From: Torpedo marmorata
Lineage: Eukaryota
NCBI GenBank assembly: GCA_977017645.1
Contig: OZ360222.1
Coordinates: 124,930,001 to 124,994,000, forward strand
Reading direction: 5' to 3'
Length of the DNA stretch: 64,000 nucleotides
The notes under the pieces are model-generated. The model had not been told where the DNA came from. It saw nothing but the letters and a program-made list of their open reading frames with translations, and did no database searches. Positions within the stretch are counted from its first letter, which is position 1. Each line of letters begins with the position of its first letter. Position numbers and translations under genes: made by a program. Positions 1 to 13,280 of this stretch are shown here, piece by piece.

Positions 1-1516
1 ATCTCAGGGATCAACCTAGTAAACCTCCTCTGGACTGCCTCCCAGGCCAGTATATCCTTCCTCAAATATGGAGACCAGAACTGCACACAGTACTCCAGGT
101 GCGGTCTCACCAGTACCTTGTACAGTTGCAACATTACCTCCCTGCTCCTGAATTCAATTCCTCTAGCGATGAAGGCCAACATTCCATTTGCCTTCTTAAT
201 AACCTGCTGCACCTGCAACCCAACTTTTTGCGATTTGTGCACAAGCACTCCCAAGTCCTTCTGCACAACAGCATGCTGCAGTTTTTCACCACTTAAATAA
301 TACTCTGCTCTTTTATTTTTCTTGCCAAAGTGGATAACCTCGCACTTAATAACATTGTACTCCATCTGCCAGACCTTTGCCCACTCATCTGACTTAACTA
401 TATCCCTCTGCAGACTCTCCACATCATCAGTACAATTTGCTCTTTCACTCAATTTAGTATCATCCGCAAACTTGGCTACACCACATTTTGTCCCCTTCTC
501 CAAATCATCAATGTAAATGATGAACAGTTGTGGGCCCAGCACCGACCCCTGCGGCACCCCACTTACCACTGTCTGCCAATCAGAAAAACACCCATTTATC
601 CCGACTCTCTGCCTCCTTTCAGACAACCAATCCTCAATCCATGCCAATATACTTCCCTGGACTCCATTCACCTGTAACTTACTGATAAGTCTCTTGTGCG
701 GCACCTTATCAAACGCTTTCTGGAAATCCAAATATACAACATCAACCTGTTCCCCTCTATCTACCACACCCATTATGTCCTCTGTTACAAAATCAAACCA
801 GCAACGACGAAGACGCAATGCAAAAGGGGTAAAATTGAAATTACTATTTATTAAAGACAATTAAACATATAATTTCACAACAATTAACCCCACTATAAGC
901 ATCTATAAACACTATTCTTATCTAAAAGGTGTGTGTGTGTGTGTGTGTGTGTGTAAAGCCCAGACCATTACAGTCTGTGCCCAACCCTTATGTAAGAATG
1001 GAAAAAAACTTTCCCCAAAAACCCCAGGTCAGTCATAAAAAACAAGTCAGTCAAAAAAAAAAAAGAATAAGACAGTCCACAAGATTCACTCTCTAAGTTC
1101 AGGCTTCAATTCAACTCTGTGTCTGGTAGAAGTACTTCTGAATGAACGTTGGAGAGAGACAATGACTGTTTATGCTTACAAATACTTGTTTTCTTCTCTG
1201 ATGACGTCCCCTTCTTGTAGGTTCATAAGGATTGCAAGTTCCAGATCAGTATACCACTGATTTAGGCGTATGCTTGAATCTCACAGCTAGTCTCGCTGAT
1301 CTCACGCCTGTTCTCCACAGAAGTTGCTTTTTCTCAGAATTTCTCTGAGACAGGAGGCCATGTGCTATCCTGTCAGTCTTTTCTCTGACTTGCACACGCC
1401 TGGATTTGGCTGTGTCCTGTAGCCTTTGCAACTCACAACTGTTTGCTTTGCAGAGATCTGCCCCTGCTTTTTGCAAAAGTGCAACAATGTATCTTTTCCA
1501 CAGTCTGTCTCTCTCT

Positions 1517-1549
<33 letters not shown>

Positions 1550-3330
1550 GTACACCAAGTCCTGGGGAAGTTAACTTTTTCAGTACCTGGCCCCAGTGTG
1601 TACTCCAAAAGACTTCATCCTTCCTGCTGACCGTCCGCAGTCCAAATGGTCAGTCATGGTCCATAACACCTCAAACAACTCTAACAAGTTTGCCAACAAG
1701 ATCTGCCCTTCCTAAACCCATGCTGCGTCTGCCTGATTGAACCCTTTCGTTCTAAATGTCTCACTATTTCATCCTTAATGACAGCTTCAAGCATTTTCCC
1801 AACTACAGACGTTAAGCTAATTGGCCGATAGTTCCTAGTCTTCTGCCTACATCCCTTCTTAAAAAGTGGCGTGACATTTGCTGTCTTCCAATCTGCCGGG
1901 ACCTGCCCAGAATCCAGAGAATTTTGGTATATGACCACCAATGCATCGACTATAACTTCTGCCATCTCCCTCAGAACCCTGGGATGCATTTCATCAGGAC
2001 CAGGGGATTTGTCCGGCTTTAGTCCCATTAGTTTTTTCATCACTATCTCCTTTGTGACAACTATTTTATCACGGCCTTCACCAACATTCGCATCCCTATC
2101 TCCACTCTTTGGCATGCTGGACGTGTCTTCCACCGTGAAGACTGACACAAAATATTTGTTCAAGGCCTCGGCCATTTCCTCATTATTCAATATCAATTTC
2201 CGCTTCTCATCTTCCAAGGGTCCTATGTTAACTCTAGCCACCCTCTTCCGTTTTATATATTTATAAAAAATTTTGCTATGTTTTTATATTTGTGCCAACT
2301 TACCTTCATAATCCTTTCTCCCCTTTCTTATTACCTGCTTTGTTGTCCCTTGTTTTCTTTTAAAGTTTTCCCAATCTTCCAGTTTCCCACTACTCTTTGC
2401 AACTTTGTACACCTGAGCTTTTAATTTTATACTCTCCTTTATTTCCTTAGTTAACCACGGCTGACTCTTCCCTCTCTTGCTGCCCAAATTCTTAACTGGA
2501 ATATATTTTTGTTGAGCATTGTAAAAAATCTCCTTGAAAATCATCCACTGTTCCTCAACTGTTCTACCAACTAGCCTGTGCTCCCAGTCCACGCTGACCA
2601 ATTCCTCCCTCATCCTGTGATAGTCTCCCCTGTTTAAGCATAATACATTAGTTTTAGATCTAACTATTTCTCCTTCCATCTGTATGAGAAATTCAATCAT
2701 ACTATGATCGCTATTTCCAAGAGGGTCCCTAACTATTACATCATTTACTCTACCTATCTCATTGCATAATACTAGATCCAAAATAGCATTCACTCTTGTT
2801 GGTTCCTTAACATGCTGCTCAAGAAAGCTATCACGGATGCATTCTATGAAGTCTTCTTCCAGACTCCCGCGACCAACTTGATTTTCCCAATCTACGTGGT
2901 AGTTAAAGTCCCCCATGACAACTGCCGTTCCATTCTTACATGCCTCACTTATCTCTCTGTTTACTGCTTGTGCCACTGTACTATTGTTATTTGGTGGGCG
3001 AAAGACAACACCCACCAGTGATTTTTTTCCCTTTGTTATTCTTAATCTCCACCCAGATGGACTCAACATTATGTTCCTTAGATCTTATATCATCTCTCAC
3101 TATTGCCTTGAACTCATCCTTGATTAAGAGCACCACACCTCCTCCCTTACCATCCTGTCTATGGTTTCGTACTACCTGATACCCTTGAAAGTTTAGTTCC
3201 CAATCATGGTCATCTTCTAGCCATGTTTCTGCAATAGCCACTAAATCATATGCCTGGGTACCGATTTGCGCCTCAAGTTCACTAACCTTGTTTCTAATAC
3301 TGCGGGCATTCAGATAAAGTTCCCTTATGC
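1..3330 (-). pseudogene. CR1 ORF2 (APE endonuclease-RT), frameshifted and split by an LTR insertion
   Basis: ORFs 2987-3466, 2284-3069 and 1681-2241 are consecutive CR1 ORF2 pieces in different frames. Confidence 0.9.
783..1668 (-). mobile_element. Solo LTR of the Gmr1-like family
   Basis: Reverse complement of the 20077-21001 LTR; TG..CA ends; 4-bp TSD CCTC at 779-782 and 1669-1672. Confidence 0.93.
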
Positions 3331-3637
3331 TCATTGACCTTTTAGAATCTAGTGACTTCTGTATCCTTTGCTTTTGATTTTGATTTTTTTGCCCTCCTTG
3401 TCTTTTTCCTAACACTTTCTTTGGTCTCTGTACCACCTTCCTCATTTTTACTGTGTAGGTTCCCATTCCCCTGCCCCACTAATTTAAACCTTCCCCAACA
3501 GCACTAGCAAAAGAACTCCCAAGTATATTTATCCCGCCCCTGCCCAGATGTAGACCTTCTGGCCTGTATTGGTCCCATCTGCCCCAGAACCGGTTCCAAT
3601 GCTTCAAGAAACTGAAACCTTCCCTCCAGCACCACTG

Positions 3638-4462
3638 TTAAAGCCATATATTCATTCTGACAATTCTGTTATTTGTATTCTCAGTAGCTCGTGGTACTGG
3701 TAATAATCCTGAGATTATTACTTTTAAGGTCCTACTCCTTAATCTATTTCCTAGCTCCCTAAATTCAGATTGTAGGAGCTCATCTCGCATTTTTACTATA
3801 TCGTTGGTACCAATATGGACCACGACAGCTGGCTGTTCACCCTCCCCTTCCAGAATGTCCTGCAGCCGCTCCGAGACATCCTTGACCCTTGCACCCGGGA
3901 GGCAGCACACCATCCGGGAGTCCTTTTTGCGGCCGCAGAAGCTCCTGTTTGTTCCTCTCACCATAGAGTCCCCTATAACTATTGCTCTACCTGACTTTTT
4001 CCTTCCCTCTTTCATAGCTGAGCCACTCACAGAGCAAGGATCCTGGCTTTTACTGCCTTCTCCTGGTGGGCCATCTCCCCCAACCATATCTAAAGCGGTA
4101 TATCTGTTACGAAGGGTGATGACCGCAGGAGACTCCCGCACTACCTTTCTGTTTACGCTCTTGCTGCTGGTCATCCAGTCCTTATCTACTTCTGCTCTCT
4201 TAAACTGCAGCGTGATCAACTCACTGAATGTCCTATCCACCATCATCTCCGCATCCCGGATGCTCCAAAGTGAGTCCACCTGCAGCTCCAGTGCCGTCAT
4301 GCGGTCTATCAGCAGTTGTAGCTGTACACACTTTGTGCACACGTAAACCTCAGGGACACTATCAGTCGTCCTGAGTTCCCACATGGCACAGGAGGAACAT
4401 GACACGGGTTGGAGCTCACCTGCCATGTCTGAAACGTGCACAGTTGTTTTGTTACTAATCAA
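3638..4462 (-). pseudogene. CR1 ORF1p: N-terminal Cys motif/coiled coil plus SGNH/GDSL esterase domain, premature stop
   Basis: CSSC...CTKC, IVIGDSMVRG (GDS block I), VHIGTND (block III), ISGLLP. Confidence 0.85.
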
Positions 4463-4511
4463 AGTGTCAAATTAGAAAGAAGAAACTTACCCTCAACCTC
4501 TCTGCGCCGAA

Positions 4512-4589
4512 GCCTGATGAGCCAAAGCCTGGAAGTCCCACTCCTTCGCTGCCTGATGAGCCAAAGCCTGGAAGTCCCACTCCTTCGCT
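4512..4589. repeat. 39-bp perfect tandem duplication in CR1 5'UTR
   Basis: GCCTGATGAGCCAAAGCCTGGAAGTCCCACTCCTTCGCT x2. Confidence 0.95.
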
Positions 4590-5239
4590 GTGCCACTCAC
4601 TCGCTGGGCTGCTCCCTGTCCCTCTTATTTATTGGCCTTTTACCAATTAACCCCGACACCCTCTCCTGTACGCCCGACCAATGGCCGCCTCCGACTCCTC
4701 CTCTGACCCTTGCCGCAGGCCCCGGTAAGTAACTTTTAAAAAAGCCTCCTTACCTTCTCTCCGACTCTTTTCTCCTCTGTCGTCACAAGGAGTATGTTAA
4801 ATTCAGCAGCCAAAATGTTGCTATGTATCGTTAAGATAAGGATTTCCAGGCAGAAATTAGCTCAAGTTATTTCCTCCAGAAGTGAGTATCCCCACATGAT
4901 GGGGCTCCCTATAAGGTTGCCAAAAGGGAAAGGCAAAAGGGTATTATTTTGGAGACAAATGTCATGATTTTCAGTTTGTGTATTTTGAATATTACAATCA
5001 ATTCTCAAGACTAGCAATGTTTAGGTCTGCTCTCATTTGTATGCAGAGCTAAGTAATAGCGGTGTGGCAGTTGCAGTTATTGCTGCATATACCCCAGTGC
5101 CTTAATGCCTTTTCTCAACATGGTTAAGAGAAACCGAGATTGCCCCTTGACTCTGTGATATATTTCCGTAAAAATTATGGCCTCACTACCACAGACCAGA
5201 TGGTTATTACATCATTGGACTGATGTAATCGCTGCCACG

Positions 5240-5594
5240 TTATTCTGACGGGGCAATACTTGAGTGCGGCATCATCCTGGGTGTTGTCTTTGAGATATGA
5301 TGTTAAACTGAAGCCCCGTTGGTTAGTCATAAAATATCAAAAACCCCACTATCCTGAAGAAGAACAAGGAGGATTCCCCTCTGTGAATTAGTAGCCAATA
5401 ACCATATCCCTCAATCAACATCACTGTAACAGTTTGTCTGATCATTATCACATTGCTGTTTGTGGGAGCCTGCCGCATGCAAATTAGTTGCCAAGTTCCT
5501 TATATCACAAAAGATAAGTCCTTCATTGGCTCTAAAATGTTTGGGAAGGTTCTTAAATTATGAAAGGTTTTATAGAAATGGATGTCTTTCTTTC
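5240..5594 (+). mobile_element. DeuSINE (AmnSINE1/SacSINE1-like) Deu domain and 3' tail
   Basis: Blocks GATGTTAAAC-GA-GCCCCGT, TATCCCTCAATCAACATCACT, ATCATTATCACATTGCTGTTTGTGGGAG, TTCATTGGCT and tail GTCTTTCTTTC follow the remembered DeuSINE consensus. Confidence 0.8.
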
Positions 5595-8039
5595 ATTAAT
5601 CACACACTGGAAGTGCAAATAACGTAGAAAGCTAACTGATGATAAATGGCGGCAATTTGCTGCTTTGGAGGCTGATAGTTATGTTGCTTTGCAGAATATA
5701 GGAGAGTAGGCCATTGAAATCCTTTGGGCAAAGAAAGACATTATTTTAAGGAGTTCTGCTGCCTGATCAGCAAAAGTTTCCTCTTCGGCAAGACATGCCA
5801 GACTACGCTGGAAGGATCATCTCCCATAATCTTATCAGCAAAAATGATCAGTATTCAGAGGGTGCATGTGTACACAACTAGTTCACCACATTGTCAGCAT
5901 TGCAAGTATTGGGATGGGTATTAATAAACGCTAATCCACTTAATCCTAGATTACTGAACATTATAGTGGATATGGCAAATTCTTTCTTGAACAAATATGT
6001 TTACATTTGTAATCATGTGTCAAGTAAACCCATTTGCTGAAGATATTTTTGTATGGTTGGGTCATTCACTAATGAAGAAAACCTGTAATGTGCTTTCTTT
6101 AACCTAATTATTAAAACCTTTTACTGAAGTGTGACCTTTCGCAGACTCTCCTTCGAACCAGCCAAGGCACTGATAGTTGCCCATGGGCAAAACACAAAAT
6201 ATTGTGATGCTACTATGAGGAGACTAAGGATTACACATAGTCATTTAAATGTCAGGACCTCAGGGCTACCTTGCTCTATTCTGAAATGTAGTTTAAAGGA
6301 TTCATGATATTCTGTTGTCAGTAAAATAGTTAATGCAATACGTGATTTTTTTTTTAGTTAAAAGAAAAAGCAGTAATGGAAGAACTTTGCCTTCTCAGCT
6401 AATTCCATCAAACGTATCCCATTCAACAAACTATAGCTTCCTGCAGAGTTGAACCTCATTTGTGTCATTAATTACAATGAAAAGAATCACAGTATTTTTA
6501 TTAGCAGCCAGTTCGTTTCACTTTATTCAGCAATATTTACTGAACAAAAGGTGCAAACCTTGATGTTGTATTGACTTAGATTGAAAGCTACTTTTCTAAT
6601 AGTTTTAATTCAACTCTGTTTAAAACTAATTTGCCAAATAATATGTACGTTCACAATGATTGGACCTTTATACAATCTCCATGCACCATTGTAATTTCCC
6701 AAGTAAATAATCAAGTTTTAATGTAGATTATACCATGAGGTTTTCATTCATACTGATCAAAATTGTATAGAAGGACTGCATACAACAGATTATGAAAGAT
6801 AATTAATTTCTGAAACAATATTATACCTGTACATGTCAAGAGCCAGGGCACTAACAATTCAGTATCTTCACCGCAGGCGGTTACTCATCGGCATTCATTG
6901 TATGTTCTATCAATTGCTGAAGGTTTCCAAAGAGTTCACATTTCTGTTGTAAAAAGAACTGCGGCATTCAGGGAAGACTGTAGAAGACATTGGAATTCTA
7001 ACTTATATTAAAGCCTTTATGTAGTATTTTTAACATGATAATGGAGGGTGCAGATGAATCAATATGGAATTGTTCATTTTTAGGCGTAAGGAAAGAGTGA
7101 GGGCATGGCCTCAAAAGGAAGAAAGTTACTGAGAAACGTGGATGAAAGAAGAAGAACTACAAAGCAACCATGAGTCCTCCCAAAGCTGGCTTGGCCAAAG
7201 TTCTTCCTCAATTTTACTTTCTTTAAATCCGTTGTTGCCCCAGATCTCTTATCTTGAGTATATTTTACATGATATCATCATTTAATTGGTCAAAACATGA
7301 AAATACTGTAACACAAATTATGATGCATTTTGAAGTGGTTCAAAGTATGCAAACCATATTTTCAACTATTATTACTGAGTAGCCACCTCTGCACTCGAAT
7401 GTTCTATTTCACAGACACATATGTCTGATGCAATCTGATCTCTTTCTTCACATAGAACCATAGAACAACACAATAGCACAGAAACAGACCCTTTGGCCCA
7501 TCTAGTCCATGCCAAACTATTTACATGCATTTAATAAATGCACACAACAGCCAAAAAAAAGGTCAAAAGGCATGTTAAGTACAAAACTATGAAACTAATA
7601 GCTGTAAATCCAGGAGTGGACTATCCTGGTATGTTACTCATTATTACTCTGCAAGGTTTATTCTACCATTTACAATTAATTATAATTAATGCCTTCACTA
7701 TTCTCAAATTTAACCTATCTGGCAGCTTTCTCACTTTGAGAAGGATATAGCTGAGGTTATAATGGAACAACACTGCTGAATGTAGAATCTTGAGGTATAT
7801 CCTTTTTCACCATGTCAGTAGAAGTTAAAAGTGAGAAAAATTCTGCTTTCAACACATACGCATCTGGTTGAGCTGATGAATGTGACAAGTATTGTCTTAC
7901 ATTGTCTTGATGAGACTTCAACATGCTACTATCTTCTAGATGAATGTTGAATAAAACTGGTCCAGTGCAATCAATGGCACATCCAGATGACCAGATTCCA
8001 GATTCTAACATCTCATACAAATGCAGAATCATTTAGTTC

Positions 8040-8690
8040 AAAGGTTGCCGCACATCTGATAGGGTGGTTAAGGTGTATGGTGTGCTGGCCTTCATTAGTT
8101 AGGGGACTGAATTCAAGAACTACGGTAATATTGAAGCCCTATAAAACTCTGTTTTGACCACAGTCGGAAAATTGTATTCGGCTCTGGTCACCTCATTGCA
8201 GGAAGGATGTGAAAGCTTTGGAGAGGGTGCAGAGGTTATTTACCAGGATGTTGCCTGGATTGCAGAACATGTCTTATGAAGCACGGTTGACTGAGCTTGG
8301 GCTTTTCTCTCTGGAGCGATGAAAGATGAGAGATGACTTAATAGAGGTATGTAAGATTATAAGAAGGATATATAGGGTGGACAGCCAGTAGTTTATTCCC
8401 CATGGTGACAATAGTAAATAGCAGAGGAGTTTAAGGTGAGTGGAGGAAAGTTTAGGGGAGATGTCAGAGATAAGTTTTATTTTACAGAGAGAGTGGTGGA
8501 TGCCTGGAATGCATTGCCAGGGGTGGTGGTGGAGGCTGGTACAATAGGGACATTTAAAAGACCCTTAGATAGACACATGGATACAAGAAAAATAGAGGGT
8601 AATGGGCTGTGTCAGGAAGGATTAGATTGATGTGGAGTAGGTTTATCGTGGGCTGAAGGGTCCGTGCTGTGCTGTTATGTTCTATGTACT
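8040..8690 (+). mobile_element. CR1 3' fragment (RT C-terminus and 3'UTR)
   Basis: LERVQR-like and FTERVVDAWNALP motifs; 3' end GGGCTGAAGGG...TGTTCTATG. Confidence 0.85.
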
Positions 8691-8729
8691 CCTTTGAACA
8701 TTTATCAAATTTGATCGGATGGTAAAAAT

Positions 8730-10970
8730 ATGAAGAATATATTGGAACTAGAAAAGCAATGTTGGGAGATCAGAGGCAGCTGTAGGAATAATAAGGTTGT
8801 AACAGTAGGTAATTTTAATTTCCCACATATTGACCTAGAATTCCATCGTGCTAAGGCATTGAATGGGGCAGTATTTTTTAAAACTGTCTGGGAAAGTTTT
8901 CTTAAGCAATATGTAGATAGCCCTAAAAGAGAGGGGCTAAAACTGGACCTCCTTTGGGGAAATGAGGCTGGTCAAAAGACTTAAGTGTCTGTGGGGAAGC
9001 ACTTGGAGACCAGTGACCATAATTCTATTTGTTTTATTTATGGAATCAAATATGACTGCTTTACAAGTCAAAGTCCTACATTAGGGAAGATGGAGATTTT
9101 GGGGAATGAAGGTTGATGTCTTGAAATATATTCACATTACAGAAGAGGAAGTGCTGACGATCTTTAAGCATATAAATGTAGACAAATCCCCAGGACCTGA
9201 CCAAGTGTATCCTAGATGATGTTGGGAAGTTAAGAAAGAACTTGTTGGAGCCCTGGCAGAGATCTTTGTGTCATAGTTAGCCACAGGTGAGCAACTAGAA
9301 GACTGGATGGTGGATAAAGCTGCACCTTTATTTAAGAAGGGATGCAAGGACAAGCCAGGGAATTATAGGCTGGTGAGCCTAATATCAGCAGTGGGTAAGT
9401 TACTGAAGAGGATTCTGAGAGTCAGAATCAATCTGCATGTGGAAAGGCAAGGAACAATTAGGGACACTCAGCATGGCTTTGTGCATGGAAAGCATGTCCC
9501 ACTAATTTGAGTTTTCGATTGTGATGACCAAAAGGAGTGATGAGGGAAGGGTGATGGTCATTGTCTACAAAGTCTTTAGCAAGGCATTTGACAACGTCCC
9601 ACATAGTAGGATGTTGCAGAAAGTTAAATCACCTGGCATCCATGGTGAGCTAGCCTACTGAGTACAAAATTGACTTGGAGGGGGAATGAGAAGGAGGGAG
9701 TAGAGATTATTTATCAGATTGAAGATCTGTGACCAGCTAGGTGCTGTAAGGATTGCTGCTGGTTCCACTGTTATTGTCATCTATTTTAATGATAGGAGGA
9801 TGGAGATTGACTACTACACGTCAATGGCTCCATTGTGGAGAGGGTTAGAGCACAAAATTCCTTGGTGTGTTCCTGGATAACCTTTCCTGAACCCACAACA
9901 TCTCCTCATTAGTCAGGAAGGCACAGCAAGCCTGAAGTAGGTTGAAGAGAGCAAGCAACCAGCCCCCATCTTGACCACTTTCTACTGGATCACAAATGAG
10001 AGTGTCCTGTCTGGCTGCATCATTGCATGGTATGGTAGCTGCAAAGCATTGGACCAGAAGTCAATACAGAGGATGATTAAAATGGACGAGAAGAGCACCC
10101 TTTCTTCTTATGAAATTCACCAGGAGCGTTTCTTAAATAGGGCTCAAAGAATTATTGAGGAACCTTATCCATCAACAGTAACTTTGTCCTCCTACCATCT
10201 GGAGCATCAAAATCAGGACTGTCAGGCTGGGAAATAGATTCTTCTTGCAGGCTGTGAATTTGATAAACGATATCCTGTAACTTGGGTCTCTTATAAATGA
10301 AACTGCTGAAATTATTTATACATAATTATTTTATTTTATATTTTAATGTATATGTGTGATTACTGTATGCTGAGTTTGTGAGAGATATATTGTGTGTTTA
10401 TGTGTGTGCACCATGGTCCGGAGAAACACTGCTTCATTGGGTTGTATATGTGCAGTCAAAACTAAACTTGAACTTGAACTTAATGATTTGGAAAAAATGC
10501 AGTAGACATGATTAGTAAGGTTGCGGGTGACACCAAAATTGACGGTATAGTGGATAGTGACTGAGGTTATCCAAGATTACAACAAGATCTAGATCAGCTG
10601 GGGAAGTAGACCAAAGAATGGCAGACATCATTTTATTCAGACAAGCATGAGTTGTTGCATTTTGGAAAGTTAAACCGAAGCAGGACATAACCAGTGAATG
10701 ACAGTGTCCTGATGAGTGTTGTAGAACAAAGGCGACTCGCGGTACAAGTACATAGTTTCCTGAAAGTGGCCATCCAGGTAGACAAGATGGAGAAGCAGGT
10801 GTATGATATGCTTACCTTCATTGGATGGGACATGGAATACAAGAGTTTAGATGTCATATCCAGGCTTTCATGAGATCACACTAGGAATATTAGATGCAGT
10901 TCTGGATGCTATTCTGTAGGAAGGATGTGATTACAATGGAGAAGTTGCAGAAAAGTTTCAGAAGTGTTAA
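8730..10970 (+). mobile_element. Degraded CR1 ORF2 fragments, interrupted by a Rex1 piece
   Basis: VGNFNFPHID, DKSPGPD, PLFKKGCKDKPGNYRLVSL, QHGF motifs. Confidence 0.82.
9795..10482 (+). mobile_element. Rex1/Babar-like LINE 3' fragment
   Basis: ESVLSGCIIAWYGSC motif; (AACTTG)n tail near 10465-10482. Confidence 0.72.
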
Positions 10971-11019
10971 CAATAGCTTCACTTTTCTTCCCGTTAGGTT
11001 CTCCGTGGCAAAGTTAAAA

Positions 11020-11853
11020 AATGGTGGCGCTGCCAGAGCTGCCGCAACAGCAGCGTTGCCACTGGTGCGGACCCACGGAGAGGAGACACAACGCTCCTCC
11101 GCAGGGTTCCACCGCCCAGTCCAACTACTGACAGCTCCGTACATGCTTTAATCGGCCTGTTAAAGGAGCTGATGACGGTATATTTTAAGATCCTGCGACT
11201 GCAGGCTCTGGGCCCAAGATGGCAGCGCCTGTGTTTGGCAGCAGACTCCAGGGGTTACAGACTCCGGGGAAGCAGAGGACTGGCACAGGGCACCAGAAAA
11301 AGGGGAGGCCATCTCTCATTTGAGAAAGAGAAGCAGAGGAGACAACCCATGGGATGGTGACCATGGCGGCGGACCAGTGGGAGGCTCTGCAGCTGGAAAA
11401 CGCACAGGCGTCGAGCTGTTGATGACTCGAGCAACGTACCCCCACAGGCTGAGGGCTGCTGGCAACAGCAGTCAAAGGACTCACACCAGGCTGTGGACTG
11501 CTGGAGTGGCTCAAGACTGGCTGAAGGGGTGCCAGGTATCAGAACTGGAATGCGAGAGGGTGCCTAGTGCGTTGAAGGCTTCCTGATCATGTCAGAGGTT
11601 TGGATCTGGCGCTTGGGTTGCCGATGGTTTGGACTGATGTCTGTGTGGATGCAGAGGCTGCGGCAACGCTGGAGGCGAATTCACGGATACTCAGTAACTC
11701 TAAAGGGACTCTCTTTTGCTTCTCTTTCTCTGACTGTAAGGGGCACTGGGCAATTTCTGCTGATGGCGAATCTTTGTCTGCATTATGGCAGACTAAATTT
11801 CGTGTAATATTACATCAGTTTTATTACATGACAGTAAAAGAATCTTGAATCTT
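11020..11853 (+). mobile_element. Non-autonomous ~830-bp retroposon with Rex1-type tail, copy 1
   Basis: Collinear with the reverse complement of 27254-28090; ends ACATGACAGTAAAAG(AATCTTG)n. Confidence 0.75.
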
Positions 11854-11969
11854 GCTTGTGCTCAACTTAGCCTTCATTTGCTTTCACGGTGGAGAGTGTG
11901 GAAAGCTTCAGCTACTAAGGAGTAAACATCCTGTCCTGGTCAAACCACATCCATGTTACAATCAAGAAA

Positions 11970-12745
11970 GTGCACCAATGATTCTACTGCCACAGAAGCC
12001 TGAGGAAATTCAGCATGCCACAATTTCTCTTATCAACATATACAGATGCACCAGAGAACGTATCCTGTCTGGATGCATTACAGTTTGGTAGTGGAAATGC
12101 TCTTCCCAAAACTGCAAGAAACTACAGGGAGTTGTGAACTCAGCTCAAGCCATCATGCAAACCAAGCTCCCCTCCAACAACTCTGTCTACACCTCCCATT
12201 GGATTAAAGGACCCATCCCATCCCAGTCACACTCTTCTTCAACCTTCTGTCAGTCAGAAGATGCATGAGCTTGAAAACATTCAAGGACAGTTTCTTTCCT
12301 GCTGTTATCTAACTCTTAAGTGGATCTCTCACTGGTAAAAGAGATGCCATTGTGCTGTTTTTAACTGTACTTTTCTCCATACTCTGTACTTTATTTTTGA
12401 ATTTAAATTTTTTTTAGAGATACAGCACAGTAACAGGTTCTTCTGGTCCACAAGCCCACCCTCCCCAAATATATCCACGTGACCAATTAACCTTCCAACC
12501 CTTGTACATCTTAGGAATGTGGGAGGAAACTGGAGCACCTGGAGGAAACCCACACAGACATGAGGAGAACATACAAACTTCTTATAGACAGCACTGAATT
12601 CAAACTTGCACTATTTGACTTATTGTACCAGTACTCCCTGCACTTTTGTTTATTAATACATGCTGTATTTTGGCTTGCCTGGATAGCACACAAAACAAAC
12701 CTCTTTACTGTATCTCACTACATGTGACAATCAACAATTCAAACA
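11970..12745 (+). mobile_element. Rex1-like LINE 3' fragment containing a V-SINE
   Basis: YRCTRERILSGCITVW motif; Rex1-like 3'UTR ending CATGTGACAAT. Confidence 0.68.
12410..12605 (-). mobile_element. V-SINE (HE1-like)
   Basis: Reverse complement contains V-domain GTTTGTATGTTCTCC-CATGTCTGTGTGGGTTTCCTCCAGGTGCTCCAGTTTCCTCCCACATTCC. Confidence 0.82.
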
Positions 12746-13164
12746 GTTTCCAGATGTCCTGTGATACCACACATATGGCCAATGGATTCTTTAGCCTTGA
12801 AATTGAATTTGTCCTGTAGTGTGCAAAAACTTCACCATGCACAATGTTCATGCCCAAACAATTCCCCCATGAAAATACTTGTGCAGTTGGATAAAAATAC
12901 ACCATTATTTTTTTGAAATAAAATTGTGCACTATAACACAGGAGTACACAAAGAGCTTGCAATTGCCATGATGTTGGCTTGTTGATAACTTCAGACTTTA
13001 AAGACTCTCCCAATGTCAAGAATTGAGCAAATCCACCAAAAGCTGCCATGAAGGTAAGAGGAATGCTAGGGATGGGGTGAATGGCAATCTTTGTGCCTGG
13101 GTCCTCCCTATGCAATCTGCCATCTACAGATTAAGTCCTGAACACAGACATGAGACTGGAGCAA

Positions 13165-13280
13165 AAATCAAAGGAGTAACTCTGCAAGTCAGGCAGCATC
13201 GGTGGAGGGAAATAGACTGTCAATGTTTCAGGTCAAAACCTTGCTTCAGGACTGAGAAAGGAGAGGAAAGACAAGTGGTA
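13165..13280 (-). mobile_element. Penelope-like pLTR remnant with degenerate hammerhead core
   Basis: Reverse complement CCTGAAGCAAGGTTTTGACCTGAAACATTGAC...GATGCTGCCTGAC. Confidence 0.6.

Larger units (their letters stand above)
1..4760 (-). mobile_element. CR1-clade LINE, near full length at 5' end (5'UTR, ORF1, ORF2), runs off window start; interrupted by solo LTR at 783-1668
   Basis: Minus-strand ORFs give APE endonuclease (YLNARSIRNK, VMGDFN, LGNSDH) and RT (KSPGPDEMHP, NYRPISLTSVVGKMLE, QHGFRKGRSC); RT resumes at 782-1. Confidence 0.93.

Noticed and set aside
5751-5861. Possible phase-1 exon (VLLPDQQKFPLRQDMPDYAGR...)
   Set aside because: Weak splice signals and unrecognised peptide.
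7757-8032. 91-aa minus-strand ORF
   Set aside because: No recognisable motif; length compatible with chance.
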